This document shows, one piece after another, positions 8,536 to 16,457 of a DNA stretch of 32,000 bases. Location of the stretch: positions 3,690,001 to 3,722,000 of the forward strand of contig NZ_RSDW01000001.1 of NCBI RefSeq assembly GCF_003945235.1, in the 5' to 3' direction. Made by a program: the position numbers and the translations under genes. Origin of the DNA: Edaphobacter aggregans. Its GTDB lineage: Bacteria > Acidobacteriota > Terriglobia > Terriglobales > Acidobacteriaceae. Within the stretch, counting starts at the first letter, position 1. The number at the start of each line of letters is the position of its first letter. The notes below the pieces were generated by a model. The model saw nothing but the letters and a program-made list of their open reading frames with translations. It was not told where the DNA came from and did no database searches.

Positions 8536-9500
8536 GCCGCATATACGAAGCACTGCAAAAGGCAGAATCGGAGCGGAAGTTGGAGCGGCACGAACGCGAA
8601 TCATTCGCGCCGGAACAGGTGGCCGATGATAGTCCTATTCCTGCGCGAACTGCGTCCGCTGTTGCCGAAGAGTACGATTCTGCTTCGATGCAAACGATGA
8701 CGAGCCGTCTCGCCGAGACGTTCGAACCATCGCCGTTGACGCATGACCGTGCGTCGGGACTCAATGTAGATAAGATTGCCCGGCAGCCGTGGTCTCCAGT
8801 CTTGTCTCAATTACCGGCTCTGCTGGATCGTGGTCCTTCCGTAGAACAGTTTCGGAGCCTGCGTTCACGGATTTACGAGCTCCGCGACATTAGTCCGCTG
8901 AAGTCGATTCTAGTGAGCAGCGGTCTGCCGCAGGAGGGAAAAAGCTTCATCTCGGCGAATCTTGCTATTAGCCTGGCGCGTCACAAGAACAGCAAAGTGC
9001 TTCTGATCGATGGTGATATGCGTCGTTATACTGCACATGAGATATTGGGCTGTGAGTCGCAACCGGGATTAGCGGAGTATCTGGCTGGAAAGGCAAGCAT
9101 CGAAGAAGTGATGCAGAGGGCAGATGCGGCGGATGCAAATGGATCAGCTAAGTTTCATCTGACGAACCTTACCTTTATCCCGGGCGGCAATGGCGGCGAT
9201 AAGGCGGCCGATCTTTCCGGAAATCCACGTTTCGGCGAATTGATCAAATTAGCGGAACCACATTTTGACTGGATTATTGTAGATTCTTCACCGGTGCTCC
9301 CTGTGTCGGATGCAGTGAATCTGGCGCGGTCCTGCGACGGTGTGCTGCTGGTTGCTCGTGGAGGGGTGACCAAGTTTCCTGTGGCACAGCGCGCGGCAAG
9401 CGAGTTGAAGGCCTCGAACATTCTTGGCTTTGTGCTTAATGCCGTAGAGGACAAACCCCAGGTTGGCGATTATTACGGGTACAACGCCAACAAGGAGTAA
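8532..9500 (+). CDS. BY-kinase-type tyrosine autokinase / chain-length regulator ATPase (EpsG-like)
   Basis: ATGA overlap with the upstream stop. Walker A is GLPQEGKS, Walker A' is VLLIDGDMRR, Walker B is DWIIVDSSP. The C-terminal Tyr cluster is DYYGYNANKE. Confidence 0.8.
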   Translation: MSRIYEALQKAESERKLERHERESFAPEQVADDSPIPARTASAVAEEYDSASMQTMTSRLAETFEPSPLTHDRASGLNVDKIARQPWSPVLSQLPALLDRGPSVEQFRSLRSRIYELRDISPLKSILVSSGLPQEGKSFISANLAISLARHKNSKVLLIDGDMRRYTAHEILGCESQPGLAEYLAGKASIEEVMQRADAADANGSAKFHLTNLTFIPGGNGGDKAADLSGNPRFGELIKLAEPHFDWIIVDSSPVLPVSDAVNLARSCDGVLLVARGGVTKFPVAQRAASELKASNILGFVLNAVEDKPQVGDYYGYNANKE

Positions 9501-9518
9501 CAGGGAGCAATTGACGCG

Positions 9519-10895
9519 ATGATCCGGCTGTTCAATGTGTATTACCCAACACGTACCATTGTCCTGCTGCTGTGCGAGACTCTGATAGTAAGTGGTTCAT
9601 TCCTGTTGGCGACGGCGATGATGCTCGGGCCAGATACCTATCTGGTCCTCAACTACGAATACGGCGCGCTGAAGATCGCGGGTCTTACAGTGCTTACTCT
9701 GCTTTGCTCCTATTACTTTGATTTATATGAGCCTCAGCGTATCTCCGCACGCTGGGAGATCTACTTTCGCCTACTGCTTGTTCTCGGATTGCTGTCCTTT
9801 TTACTTTCGGCGGTGATCTATTTTTTTCCGGGTGCTGATATTGCCCACTACGTTCTGTTGCTGGGGCTGATATTTCTGACATTGTCGTTGGTCGCTTGGC
9901 GTAGTGCGTATGAGTGGATCATCGGGAGAAAGATGTTTCGTGAGCGCGTGTATGTGCTCGGCGCCGGTGAACGTGCACGGACAGTTGTTGAATTGCTTCA
10001 AACTCGCAAGGATGCAGGTATGGAGGTCGTTGGTTCCGATTCACGTTCGCTCGACAAAGCTGAACGGAAAGAGGCCTTTACAACGGCGCTTGAAGCTTTT
10101 CACGGTCCCGATCCAGGGATCGATCGCGTAATTATTGCCCTCGAAGATCGCCGCGGAGAACTTCCATTACGCGAGTTGCTGAAACTGCGATTCAACGGTG
10201 TGGTGATTGAAGAGGCTGGGACGTTGCTGGAGAGGCTTACGGGCAAATTGTATCTGGATGGACTGCGCCCGAGCAGCTTCATCTACGGAGAAGGATTTCG
10301 CGTGAGGCCGTCGCAGCAGATCGCAAGGCGCATTGTTTCTACGTTGACAGCAGCCACAGGTCTGCTTTTATTTCTACCTTTTTTCCCATTTGTGGTGCTG
10401 ATGGTTCGTTTGTCTTCGCCTGGACCAATCTTTTTCCGTCAGACCCGTGTTGGACTTGGCGGACGCAACTTTACCGTTTATAAGTTTCGTTCGATGGGGA
10501 CGGACGCTGAGGCTGCCGGGGCCAAATGGGCGACAAAGAACGATCCCCGTGTTACGCACGTGGGCATGTTCATGCGGAAGACGCGATTGGATGAGGTTCC
10601 GCAATTGTGGAATGTGCTACGTGGTGATATGGGATTTGTAGGGCCTCGACCAGAAAGACCTGAGTTTGTGCCGTGGCTGTCGGAACAGATCCCGTATTTC
10701 GATTTGCGCCACATGATTCGTCCGGGCCTGACGGGATGGGCGCAGGTACGCTATGGCTATGGCTCGACACTGGCAGAGACTCGCGAGAAGCTTGAGTACG
10801 ATTTGTATTACATCAAGCACATGTCTCTAGGGCTGGACTTATTGATCATGTTCGAGACAGTGAAGACGATTCTACGGCGACGGGGAGCGCAATAA
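9519..10895 (+). CDS. Polyprenyl-phosphate sugar phosphotransferase (Bac_transf family; PEP-CTERM-system EpsB/TIGR03013-like priming enzyme)
   Basis: N-terminal TM bundle, a central Rossmann-like segment ([17 protein letters not shown]), and a C-terminal bacterial sugar transferase domain ([26 protein letters not shown]...[21 protein letters not shown]...GLTGWAQV). Confidence 0.9.
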   Translation: MIRLFNVYYPTRTIVLLLCETLIVSGSFLLATAMMLGPDTYLVLNYEYGALKIAGLTVLTLLCSYYFDLYEPQRISARWEIYFRLLLVLGLLSFLLSAVIYFFPGADIAHYVLLLGLIFLTLSLVAWRSAYEWIIGRKMFRERVYVLGAGERARTVVELLQTRKDAGMEVVGSDSRSLDKAERKEAFTTALEAFHGPDPGIDRVIIALEDRRGELPLRELLKLRFNGVVIEEAGTLLERLTGKLYLDGLRPSSFIYGEGFRVRPSQQIARRIVSTLTAATGLLLFLPFFPFVVLMVRLSSPGPIFFRQTRVGLGGRNFTVYKFRSMGTDAEAAGAKWATKNDPRVTHVGMFMRKTRLDEVPQLWNVLRGDMGFVGPRPERPEFVPWLSEQIPYFDLRHMIRPGLTGWAQVRYGYGSTLAETREKLEYDLYYIKHMSLGLDLLIMFETVKTILRRRGAQ

Positions 10896-10918
10896 ATCTG
10901 CTTTGATGCCGCAGTGCC

Positions 10919-10944
10919 CCATCCTACAAATACTTGCAGGATGG
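10919..10944. terminator. Hairpin between convergent genes (possible bidirectional terminator, no U-tract)
   Basis: CCATCCTACAA-ATAC-TTGCAGGATGG forms an 11-bp stem with one A/C mismatch and a 4-nt loop. It lies between the sugar transferase stop (10895) and the EBP stop (10979). Confidence 0.3.
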
Positions 10945-10978
10945 ACGCGATTATGGCATCTTCCCCACTCGGGTTGAA

Positions 10979-12130
10979 TCAATAGATCCTGGGGCGTGAT
11001 GAAAGTGTGGGTTTTAGGGAACGTTCCCCACTTTTTTTTACCAAACGAGGCATACGCAGGGGGCGGGGTGGGACCTCGGGCATGCCAACCTCGCTCAACT
11101 TATAGAGGAGGGAGCGGTAGCTGATTTGAAGCCACTTAGCGGTCTTCTGGCGGTTCCAGCTGTTGGCTTGCAGGACTTTGAGGATGATCTGACGCTCAAG
11201 GTCATGCGTAGCCTGCTTGGTGATGTTTTTGAGTGAGATGGGTTCGCTGAGGTCGATGTCGGTGGTGATGCCGCCACGGGCCGGCTCGGGCATCATCTCA
11301 GCGACCAAGGCTTCTTCACTTCCAATCAGGACGTAGCTACGGATGAGGTTCTCGAGCTGGCGGATGTTTCCCGGCCAGTGATAGTTTTGCATCAGACGGA
11401 TGGCACTCTTTGAGAGAAGTTCCGGTGTATGGTGGAAAACTTTTGCATAGTGCTCGATGAAATAGTCGATGAGGATGGGCAGGTCTGCGATGCGCTGGCG
11501 CAGAGGGGGAAGGTTGATGGTCACTGCGTTGATGCGGAAGAGGAAGTCAAGGCGAAAAGTGCCGTCTTCGACCTGGCTGCGGAGGTCGGTGTTAGAGGCC
11601 GAGACGAGGCGAGTGGTGATGGTACGGGCCTCGTGGCCACCGACGCGGACGAAGGTGCCATCCTGCAGAACCTGGAGGAGCTTGGATTGGACGCCGAGAT
11701 CGAGGCTGCCTACTTCGTCGAGGAAGAGGGTGCCCATGTGTGCCTGCTCGACGCGGCCGAGTTTGGTGCTCATCGCGCCGGTAAACGCTCCCTTTTCATA
11801 GCCGAAAAGCTCGGTTTCGAGCAGGGTGTGCGGGATGGCCGGACAACTCACTTTGACAAGAGAGCCGCGTGCACGCATCGAGAGGGAATGCAGCAAGCGG
11901 ACAGCTAGCTCTTTGCCGGTGCCGCTTTCTCCTTGAATAAGAACGGGAACGTCTGTCTCGGCCACTCGTTCGAGCTTGTTGCGGACGGCCTGCATAGATG
12001 CTGTTTTGCCGAAGATGATATCCAACGGTGGGAGATCGAGTGCGGCAGCGGATTCGGCGTTGTGAACCAAGGTCTTTTTCCTATTAACTGGATGGGTAGG
12101 GCATGACAGCAACTCTGCAATTCCCTTCAC
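10979..12130 (-). CDS. Sigma54-dependent transcriptional activator lacking any N-terminal sensory/receiver domain (AAA+ plus Fis-type HTH only)
   Basis: Walker A GESGTGKE, sigma54-contact loop GAFTGA (EKGAFTGAM), Walker B TLFLDEV, C-terminal HTH (NRQKTAKWLQISYRSLLYKL). Only about 45 residues precede the AAA+ core even with the longest (GTG) start. The exact start is uncertain because there is no clear SD. Confidence 0.85.
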   Translation of the reverse strand: MKGIAELLSCPTHPVNRKKTLVHNAESAAALDLPPLDIIFGKTASMQAVRNKLERVAETDVPVLIQGESGTGKELAVRLLHSLSMRARGSLVKVSCPAIPHTLLETELFGYEKGAFTGAMSTKLGRVEQAHMGTLFLDEVGSLDLGVQSKLLQVLQDGTFVRVGGHEARTITTRLVSASNTDLRSQVEDGTFRLDFLFRINAVTINLPPLRQRIADLPILIDYFIEHYAKVFHHTPELLSKSAIRLMQNYHWPGNIRQLENLIRSYVLIGSEEALVAEMMPEPARGGITTDIDLSEPISLKNITKQATHDLERQIILKVLQANSWNRQKTAKWLQISYRSLLYKLSEVGMPEVPPRPLRMPRLVKKSGERSLKPTLSSRPRIY

Positions 12131-12460
12131 AGTGCACGTGAGTCGCCAATCATTTGAATGTCGCTGTGATTTAAAGACTCAAACATCATGAAAAAGACAT
12201 GGTGGTTTTGATCTCCGACATCAGATCGGATCGTAAGCAGCTATCTATCGGTAGAAAACGAGGTCATAGCAAGAAAGCTTACTAAAGTAACCCTAGCCAA
12301 AAATAACCTTTTTTTTGACTCTTTTGAAGCGGTTAACATGTAATCTAAGCCTACTTGGAGAGAAATAAGGGAAAACCTTTATCTCTTTTGTCAGCAAAAT
12401 TATTAACATTTTTCTGTCGCAGGTTTCTCAAACGGTCTAAAATTCGCTCAGCAAAACGCC

Positions 12461-12477
12461 GTGGGGAGTCTCCCCAC
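12461..12477. promoter_or_regulatory. Perfect 17-bp palindrome GTGGGGAG-T-CTCCCCAC in the divergent EBP-EBP intergenic region
   Basis: Read directly: 8-bp arms are exact reverse complements around a central T. It lies about 120 bp upstream of the 12596 start codon. Confidence 0.3.
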
Positions 12478-12595
12478 CTCTGCGGCCGGGAAAGAATCAA
12501 TAAGGTAGTGCGGATCCAGTAAAAAGAGAGACATGGGTCCAAGAGTCTTGCAAGGTTTGGACGTTAGATTCCAAACCGGCCTATAGGGGTGTTGT

Positions 12596-14023
12596 ATGTC
12601 CGCTTCGTTGTCGTATCCGATCTCTGCTTTTAAGTCCAGTTCTAAGGCCCGCGCCCAGATACTAATTCTGGAGCCAGACATTGCAGTTCTCGACTATCTT
12701 CGGTTGACCCTTGGTGACCAGTATGCGCTTAGCCTCTTCTCGGAAGAGCAATCGCTGCTGGACCGCCTTGATCAAAAGGAGGCCGACTTGCTGTTACTGG
12801 CATTGCACGCGAACCGGGATCCGATTCCGCTACTGACGCATATCCGATGCACGAAGCCGAATCTGCCGGTAATTGTGCTGTCATGCTCGGCGGAACTGCG
12901 GGATCTGGAGATGGTGATCCGGCTCGGCGTGCGGGCGATCGTGATGAAGCCGTTTACCGGCAGCGACGTGGAACAGGCGATCGAAGAGCATTTGGCAACG
13001 GCGGAGAAGAAGATTTCGCCGGCCGACTCCCCGCGGGAGATTCCTCTGAATGAGACGCATTCGTTCGTGCGGTCAAGCAAGCGGATGCGGGATCTTGAAG
13101 CGCAGGCTGCTCTGGTTGCCCGGGCGGATATTCCGCTTCTGATCCTAGGAGAGAGCGGGACGGGCAAGGAGATTCTTGCGCTATATACACACATGATGTC
13201 TGCGCGGAGCCAGCGCATCTTCCTTAAGGTGAATTGCGCAGCAGTGCCGGCAGATCTGCTGGAAAGCGAACTGTTCGGCTATGAACAGGGCGCGTTCACC
13301 GGTGCGGTGAAGACGAAGCCGGGTAAGTTCGAAATATGCTCGGGTGGAACGATCTTCCTGGACGAGATTGGCGAAATGCCTGCGATTTTGCAGGCAAAGC
13401 TGCTGCAAGTGCTGCAGGACGGGACTTTTTCGCGGCTGGGCAGCCGATCGCCGATGAAGGTGGATGTGCGGGTGATCGCAGCGACGAACATCAATATGAA
13501 AGAAGCAATGGCGAACAAGACGTTCCGCGAGGATCTGTACTACCGGCTAAACGGATTCACGTTGAGCATTCCGCCGTTGCGGGAGAGACGTGAGGAGATT
13601 CCGGTGTTCGCTGAGTATTTTATGCGGAAGAGCGCCAAGAAATACGGTCGCGAGCCGTTGCACTTCTCGCAGACTTTGGTGAATACGCTGACGGAACACT
13701 CGTGGCCAGGAAACTTGCGTGAGTTGGAGAATGTGGTGAATCGCTATCTTGTGCTGGGCGATGAGAAGGCGATCGTTGACGAGCTTTCTCCGTCGAACGC
13801 TTATCAGGGCGCTTCGGCTGCGGCGGCAGAGGCGCCGACCGGTGCTGGCCTGAAGGCTATGGTGAAGAGTCTAAAGGGTGGTGCTGAGGCCAGCGCGATC
13901 GCTCAGGTGCTGGAAGGTGTTGGTTGGAACAGGAAGGCAGCGGCAAATGATCTTCAGATCAGTTACAAGGCGCTGCTGTACAAGATCAAGCAATATGACC
14001 TTTCTCCGCAGGATCGCGCATAA
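12596..14023 (+). CDS. NtrC-family sigma54-dependent regulator with a degenerate (Asp-less) receiver domain; PrsR-like by position
   Basis: Receiver-like N-terminus (ILILEPD...ADLLLLALHAN...VIVLSCS...MKPF), AAA+ core (GESGTGKE, EQGAFTGAV, TIFLDEI), and Fis HTH (NRKAAANDLQISYKALLYKI). The residue aligned to the phospho-acceptor Asp is Ala. Confidence 0.85.
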   Translation: MSASLSYPISAFKSSSKARAQILILEPDIAVLDYLRLTLGDQYALSLFSEEQSLLDRLDQKEADLLLLALHANRDPIPLLTHIRCTKPNLPVIVLSCSAELRDLEMVIRLGVRAIVMKPFTGSDVEQAIEEHLATAEKKISPADSPREIPLNETHSFVRSSKRMRDLEAQAALVARADIPLLILGESGTGKEILALYTHMMSARSQRIFLKVNCAAVPADLLESELFGYEQGAFTGAVKTKPGKFEICSGGTIFLDEIGEMPAILQAKLLQVLQDGTFSRLGSRSPMKVDVRVIAATNINMKEAMANKTFREDLYYRLNGFTLSIPPLRERREEIPVFAEYFMRKSAKKYGREPLHFSQTLVNTLTEHSWPGNLRELENVVNRYLVLGDEKAIVDELSPSNAYQGASAAAAEAPTGAGLKAMVKSLKGGAEASAIAQVLEGVGWNRKAAANDLQISYKALLYKIKQYDLSPQDRA

Positions 14024-14518
14024 GTGAAAAAGATGGCCGAGACAGAGACCACGGGAACGTACCGGGTTGTCGTACGCTATGAAGACCGTGCGGTTCGTGG
14101 GTTCGTGGAGGAGAGCGAACTGGGGTCGATCGAGCAGCTTTTGCGGAACGATCCGCAGTATCCTCTTGATTCCATTCGTTTAAGGCTCCTCGATTCTGAA
14201 GAGGTCGAAGAGGTTCCTACTAAGGACGCTAAGGCAGTTTTTTTTGTTAAGACGTTCGATGGTGATTTGCGGCATCGGGCGCTGCATTTCCATGAAAATG
14301 CGCCAATTGTGCCGGGACTCTGGGTGCGGGTGTATTTTTACGATGGCGAGATGATCGAGGGGATCATCAGCAATACGCGGGACTTTGTGTTGGAGGATGG
14401 GTTTTTTATGAGGCCCACGGATCCTAATGGAAACAATAGACTTGTCTATATTTTGAAAGGCGGGTTGAAGGATTTTCACGTGCTGGGGATGAGGAATCCT
14501 TCGAAGAATCCGGCTTAG
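14024..14518 (+). CDS. Hypothetical 164-aa soluble protein, co-transcribed with the pseudo-receiver EBP
   Basis: The GTG start is immediately adjacent to the upstream TAA (14021-14023). It is followed by a clear rho-independent terminator. Two similar beta-rich halves are visible (YRVVVRYEDRAVRGFVEE...AVFFVKTFDGD and LWVRVYFYDGEMIEGIISN...LVYILKGGLKDF). I do not recognise a family with confidence. Confidence 0.6.
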   Translation: MKKMAETETTGTYRVVVRYEDRAVRGFVEESELGSIEQLLRNDPQYPLDSIRLRLLDSEEVEEVPTKDAKAVFFVKTFDGDLRHRALHFHENAPIVPGLWVRVYFYDGEMIEGIISNTRDFVLEDGFFMRPTDPNGNNRLVYILKGGLKDFHVLGMRNPSKNPA

Positions 14519-14522
14519 GTTT

Positions 14523-14549
14523 GCGCGGTGGGTGCCGCGTTTTTTTATT
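14523..14549 (+). terminator. Rho-independent terminator of the EBP-164aa operon
   Basis: CGCGG-TGGGTG-CCGCG stem-loop (14524-14539) followed by TTTTTTTATT. Confidence 0.6.
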
Positions 14550-14850
14550 ACTGATTCGGTTTGTAGGCCCACGTGCGCGATGACGCTGGATGGGGCGTTG
14601 GCGTGTGGTTTCTGGTGGGCAGCTAACGGAAAAAAGTGTGGCAAGTGTGGTTTGCTGACGGCCGTTTTTTGGCCTTCGCGGAAGTTGCCCTTCGCAGGGT
14701 GACCTTGTCATTTGCATATCAGAACGGAGGACTTGGCCAATCTCATACGAGGTTGTTGCGCGGAACTCGTCGGTGCCGAGTTCCGCCTCGTCGGTGCTGA
14801 TCCCTGAGACCGCTGTGTTTAAGACGAACACCTCTTCACTGCTCGAAATT

Positions 14851-16056
14851 TCAGACAGCCATCTTCAGCCTCTCTCGAACGGCCCAATCCTGGAGAAGCT
14901 TAAGCGATTTTCCGGAAGCTGTACGATTCGCTCGGCCACGAGCCTGAACGACAGTACGTCTCTTCGGATCAACCTCGACGGTCAAAACGTGCTGAACCCT
15001 CTCACCCTGCCACACGCGCAGTGACCAAATGCTGGAAACGCCACGGTAGCAGCGATCAGCATAGCTTGCGACACAATGATGCAGTGCGGCACCCTCGCTC
15101 CGGAGCTGTGCACTATTGGTAAGCTCCAACATTAGCCACCGTCTCGGCATCTCTGGATGATCCCGGCTGGGCTCTGCTACCTGAAACGGTTCAAACGGCG
15201 ACCGTGTCCACGAGTAAGCAGCACCGCCCGCACCGAGACTTCGGTGCCAGGTGTGCACCAACCGTAGCATCGACTGTACCGTTCGACCTTTCATAGAGAA
15301 CGCTGGTTGTGGGGGATCAAGTCTGACTGTTCCGTCCGGCGTGTCTATCGTGATTCGCTCGTGTCGAACTGCCTGAATGTAGTCGATCATGGGCCCGACG
15401 TGCACGGGATCTACATCACCCGCATTGTCGATCAAAAACATCCAAACAGTACGCCAGAACTTCCCATGACGTAAGTCTGTGGTCAATCGAGTAGATAGAA
15501 TCGCCCTCATCAACTCGGAAGGTGCTCCCAGAGCGAGCAGCTCCGCTCTACGAATGGCGTGCTCGATGGGTAGGTGATCCTGCGATGCGAGGAAGATATG
15601 TTCCATCTTCCGGGTCATCACAACCGGTAGGTCGAGAGATCGAAAGCTGACCCCGTTGGAGTGTGCGATAAACCACTCACGTTTCCTGTCTGCAGCCGAG
15701 TCAGTCGCATACCAGCAGGACGCGAGAAACACCGGAACTCTGTATTCGCAGATGAGGTGGCGTGCCAACGACGATACTGCGGGCCGCCAAGATGATGATG
15801 AGCCAGCCCAGTCACTCGCTGGCCGGATATGGGCGCCTCGGAAACGAGACAGGTTGACGAGCGTGTCTACACCAGAGTGACGCCCATTGACGATGGGTGC
15901 CTCGAACAAGCGCGCTGCTCGCTTCCGAGCACAATGCAACAGTTCACAGAATTTCTCTAAGACGGATGTATCGAAGGACAGTTCGGCGTATGCATGGTGG
16001 ATAGCGCAGTCCGTTCGCCGCCTGTGATCCCGAACGAAACGTTCAGACCAAGACAT
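14851..16056 (-). CDS. PcfJ-like domain protein (function unknown)
   Basis: 401-aa ORF. The C-terminal block LRSEGAALHHCVASYADRCYRGVSSIWSLRV...LTVEVDPKRRTVVQARGRANR matches my recollection of the PcfJ-like signature (HCV..Y...C..G...I.SLR...T.E....I.Q.RG..N). The gene is monocistronic, with large non-coding flanks (332 and about 400 bp). Confidence 0.55.
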   Translation of the reverse strand: MSWSERFVRDHRRRTDCAIHHAYAELSFDTSVLEKFCELLHCARKRAARLFEAPIVNGRHSGVDTLVNLSRFRGAHIRPASDWAGSSSSWRPAVSSLARHLICEYRVPVFLASCWYATDSAADRKREWFIAHSNGVSFRSLDLPVVMTRKMEHIFLASQDHLPIEHAIRRAELLALGAPSELMRAILSTRLTTDLRHGKFWRTVWMFLIDNAGDVDPVHVGPMIDYIQAVRHERITIDTPDGTVRLDPPQPAFSMKGRTVQSMLRLVHTWHRSLGAGGAAYSWTRSPFEPFQVAEPSRDHPEMPRRWLMLELTNSAQLRSEGAALHHCVASYADRCYRGVSSIWSLRVWQGERVQHVLTVEVDPKRRTVVQARGRANRTASGKSLKLLQDWAVRERLKMAV

Positions 16057-16457
16057 AACTTCTCCTATTTTCTAAACCGTTGAGCGAGTGGCGCGAATGT
16101 GCGCCCCCGACGTCACATACAAAAACAACGCGGCTTCAGACTGCCGGTGCGTGGCACGCCTGTGTTTTTGTCGGGTTTAGATAACAGAGAAGAACATCAC
16201 GAATTGATGATAGATCATTCGATAATGCATTCGTCAATCACCATCACGACCTACCCCTTCAATCTGAGATGATCGAGGTTCCTCCGTTTGCAATATCTCT
16301 TGGGAGAGATGGCCAAGAAGACCCGCGTTGGGTTGGTACTTAGAAACGCGCTTATCTTTACTAAGCGGCTTCTTCCAACTATCTAGTGTTGCCGGGGTGA
16401 GAAGCTTCTTGTCAGCCTCCCGTTGGTATCATTTTCGTGACTTTCTTTCGAGGCGAG

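Noticed and set aside
14580-14702. 40-aa Cys-containing ORF (MTLDGALACGFWWAANGKKCGKCG...) downstream of the terminator
   Set aside because: It has no SD, lies after a strong terminator, and is too short to support without conservation data.
14180-14831. Minus-strand ORFs 14180-14644 and 14424-14831
   Set aside because: They are antisense to the 164-aa gene, or span its terminator and the intergenic region. Their composition is basic and low-complexity.
16128-16146. TGGCACG hexamer (perfect sigma54 -24 element) upstream of the thioredoxin-fusion gene
   Set aside because: The -12 position reads TGTTT with no GC dinucleotide at the required spacing. It is about 300 bp from the start codon.
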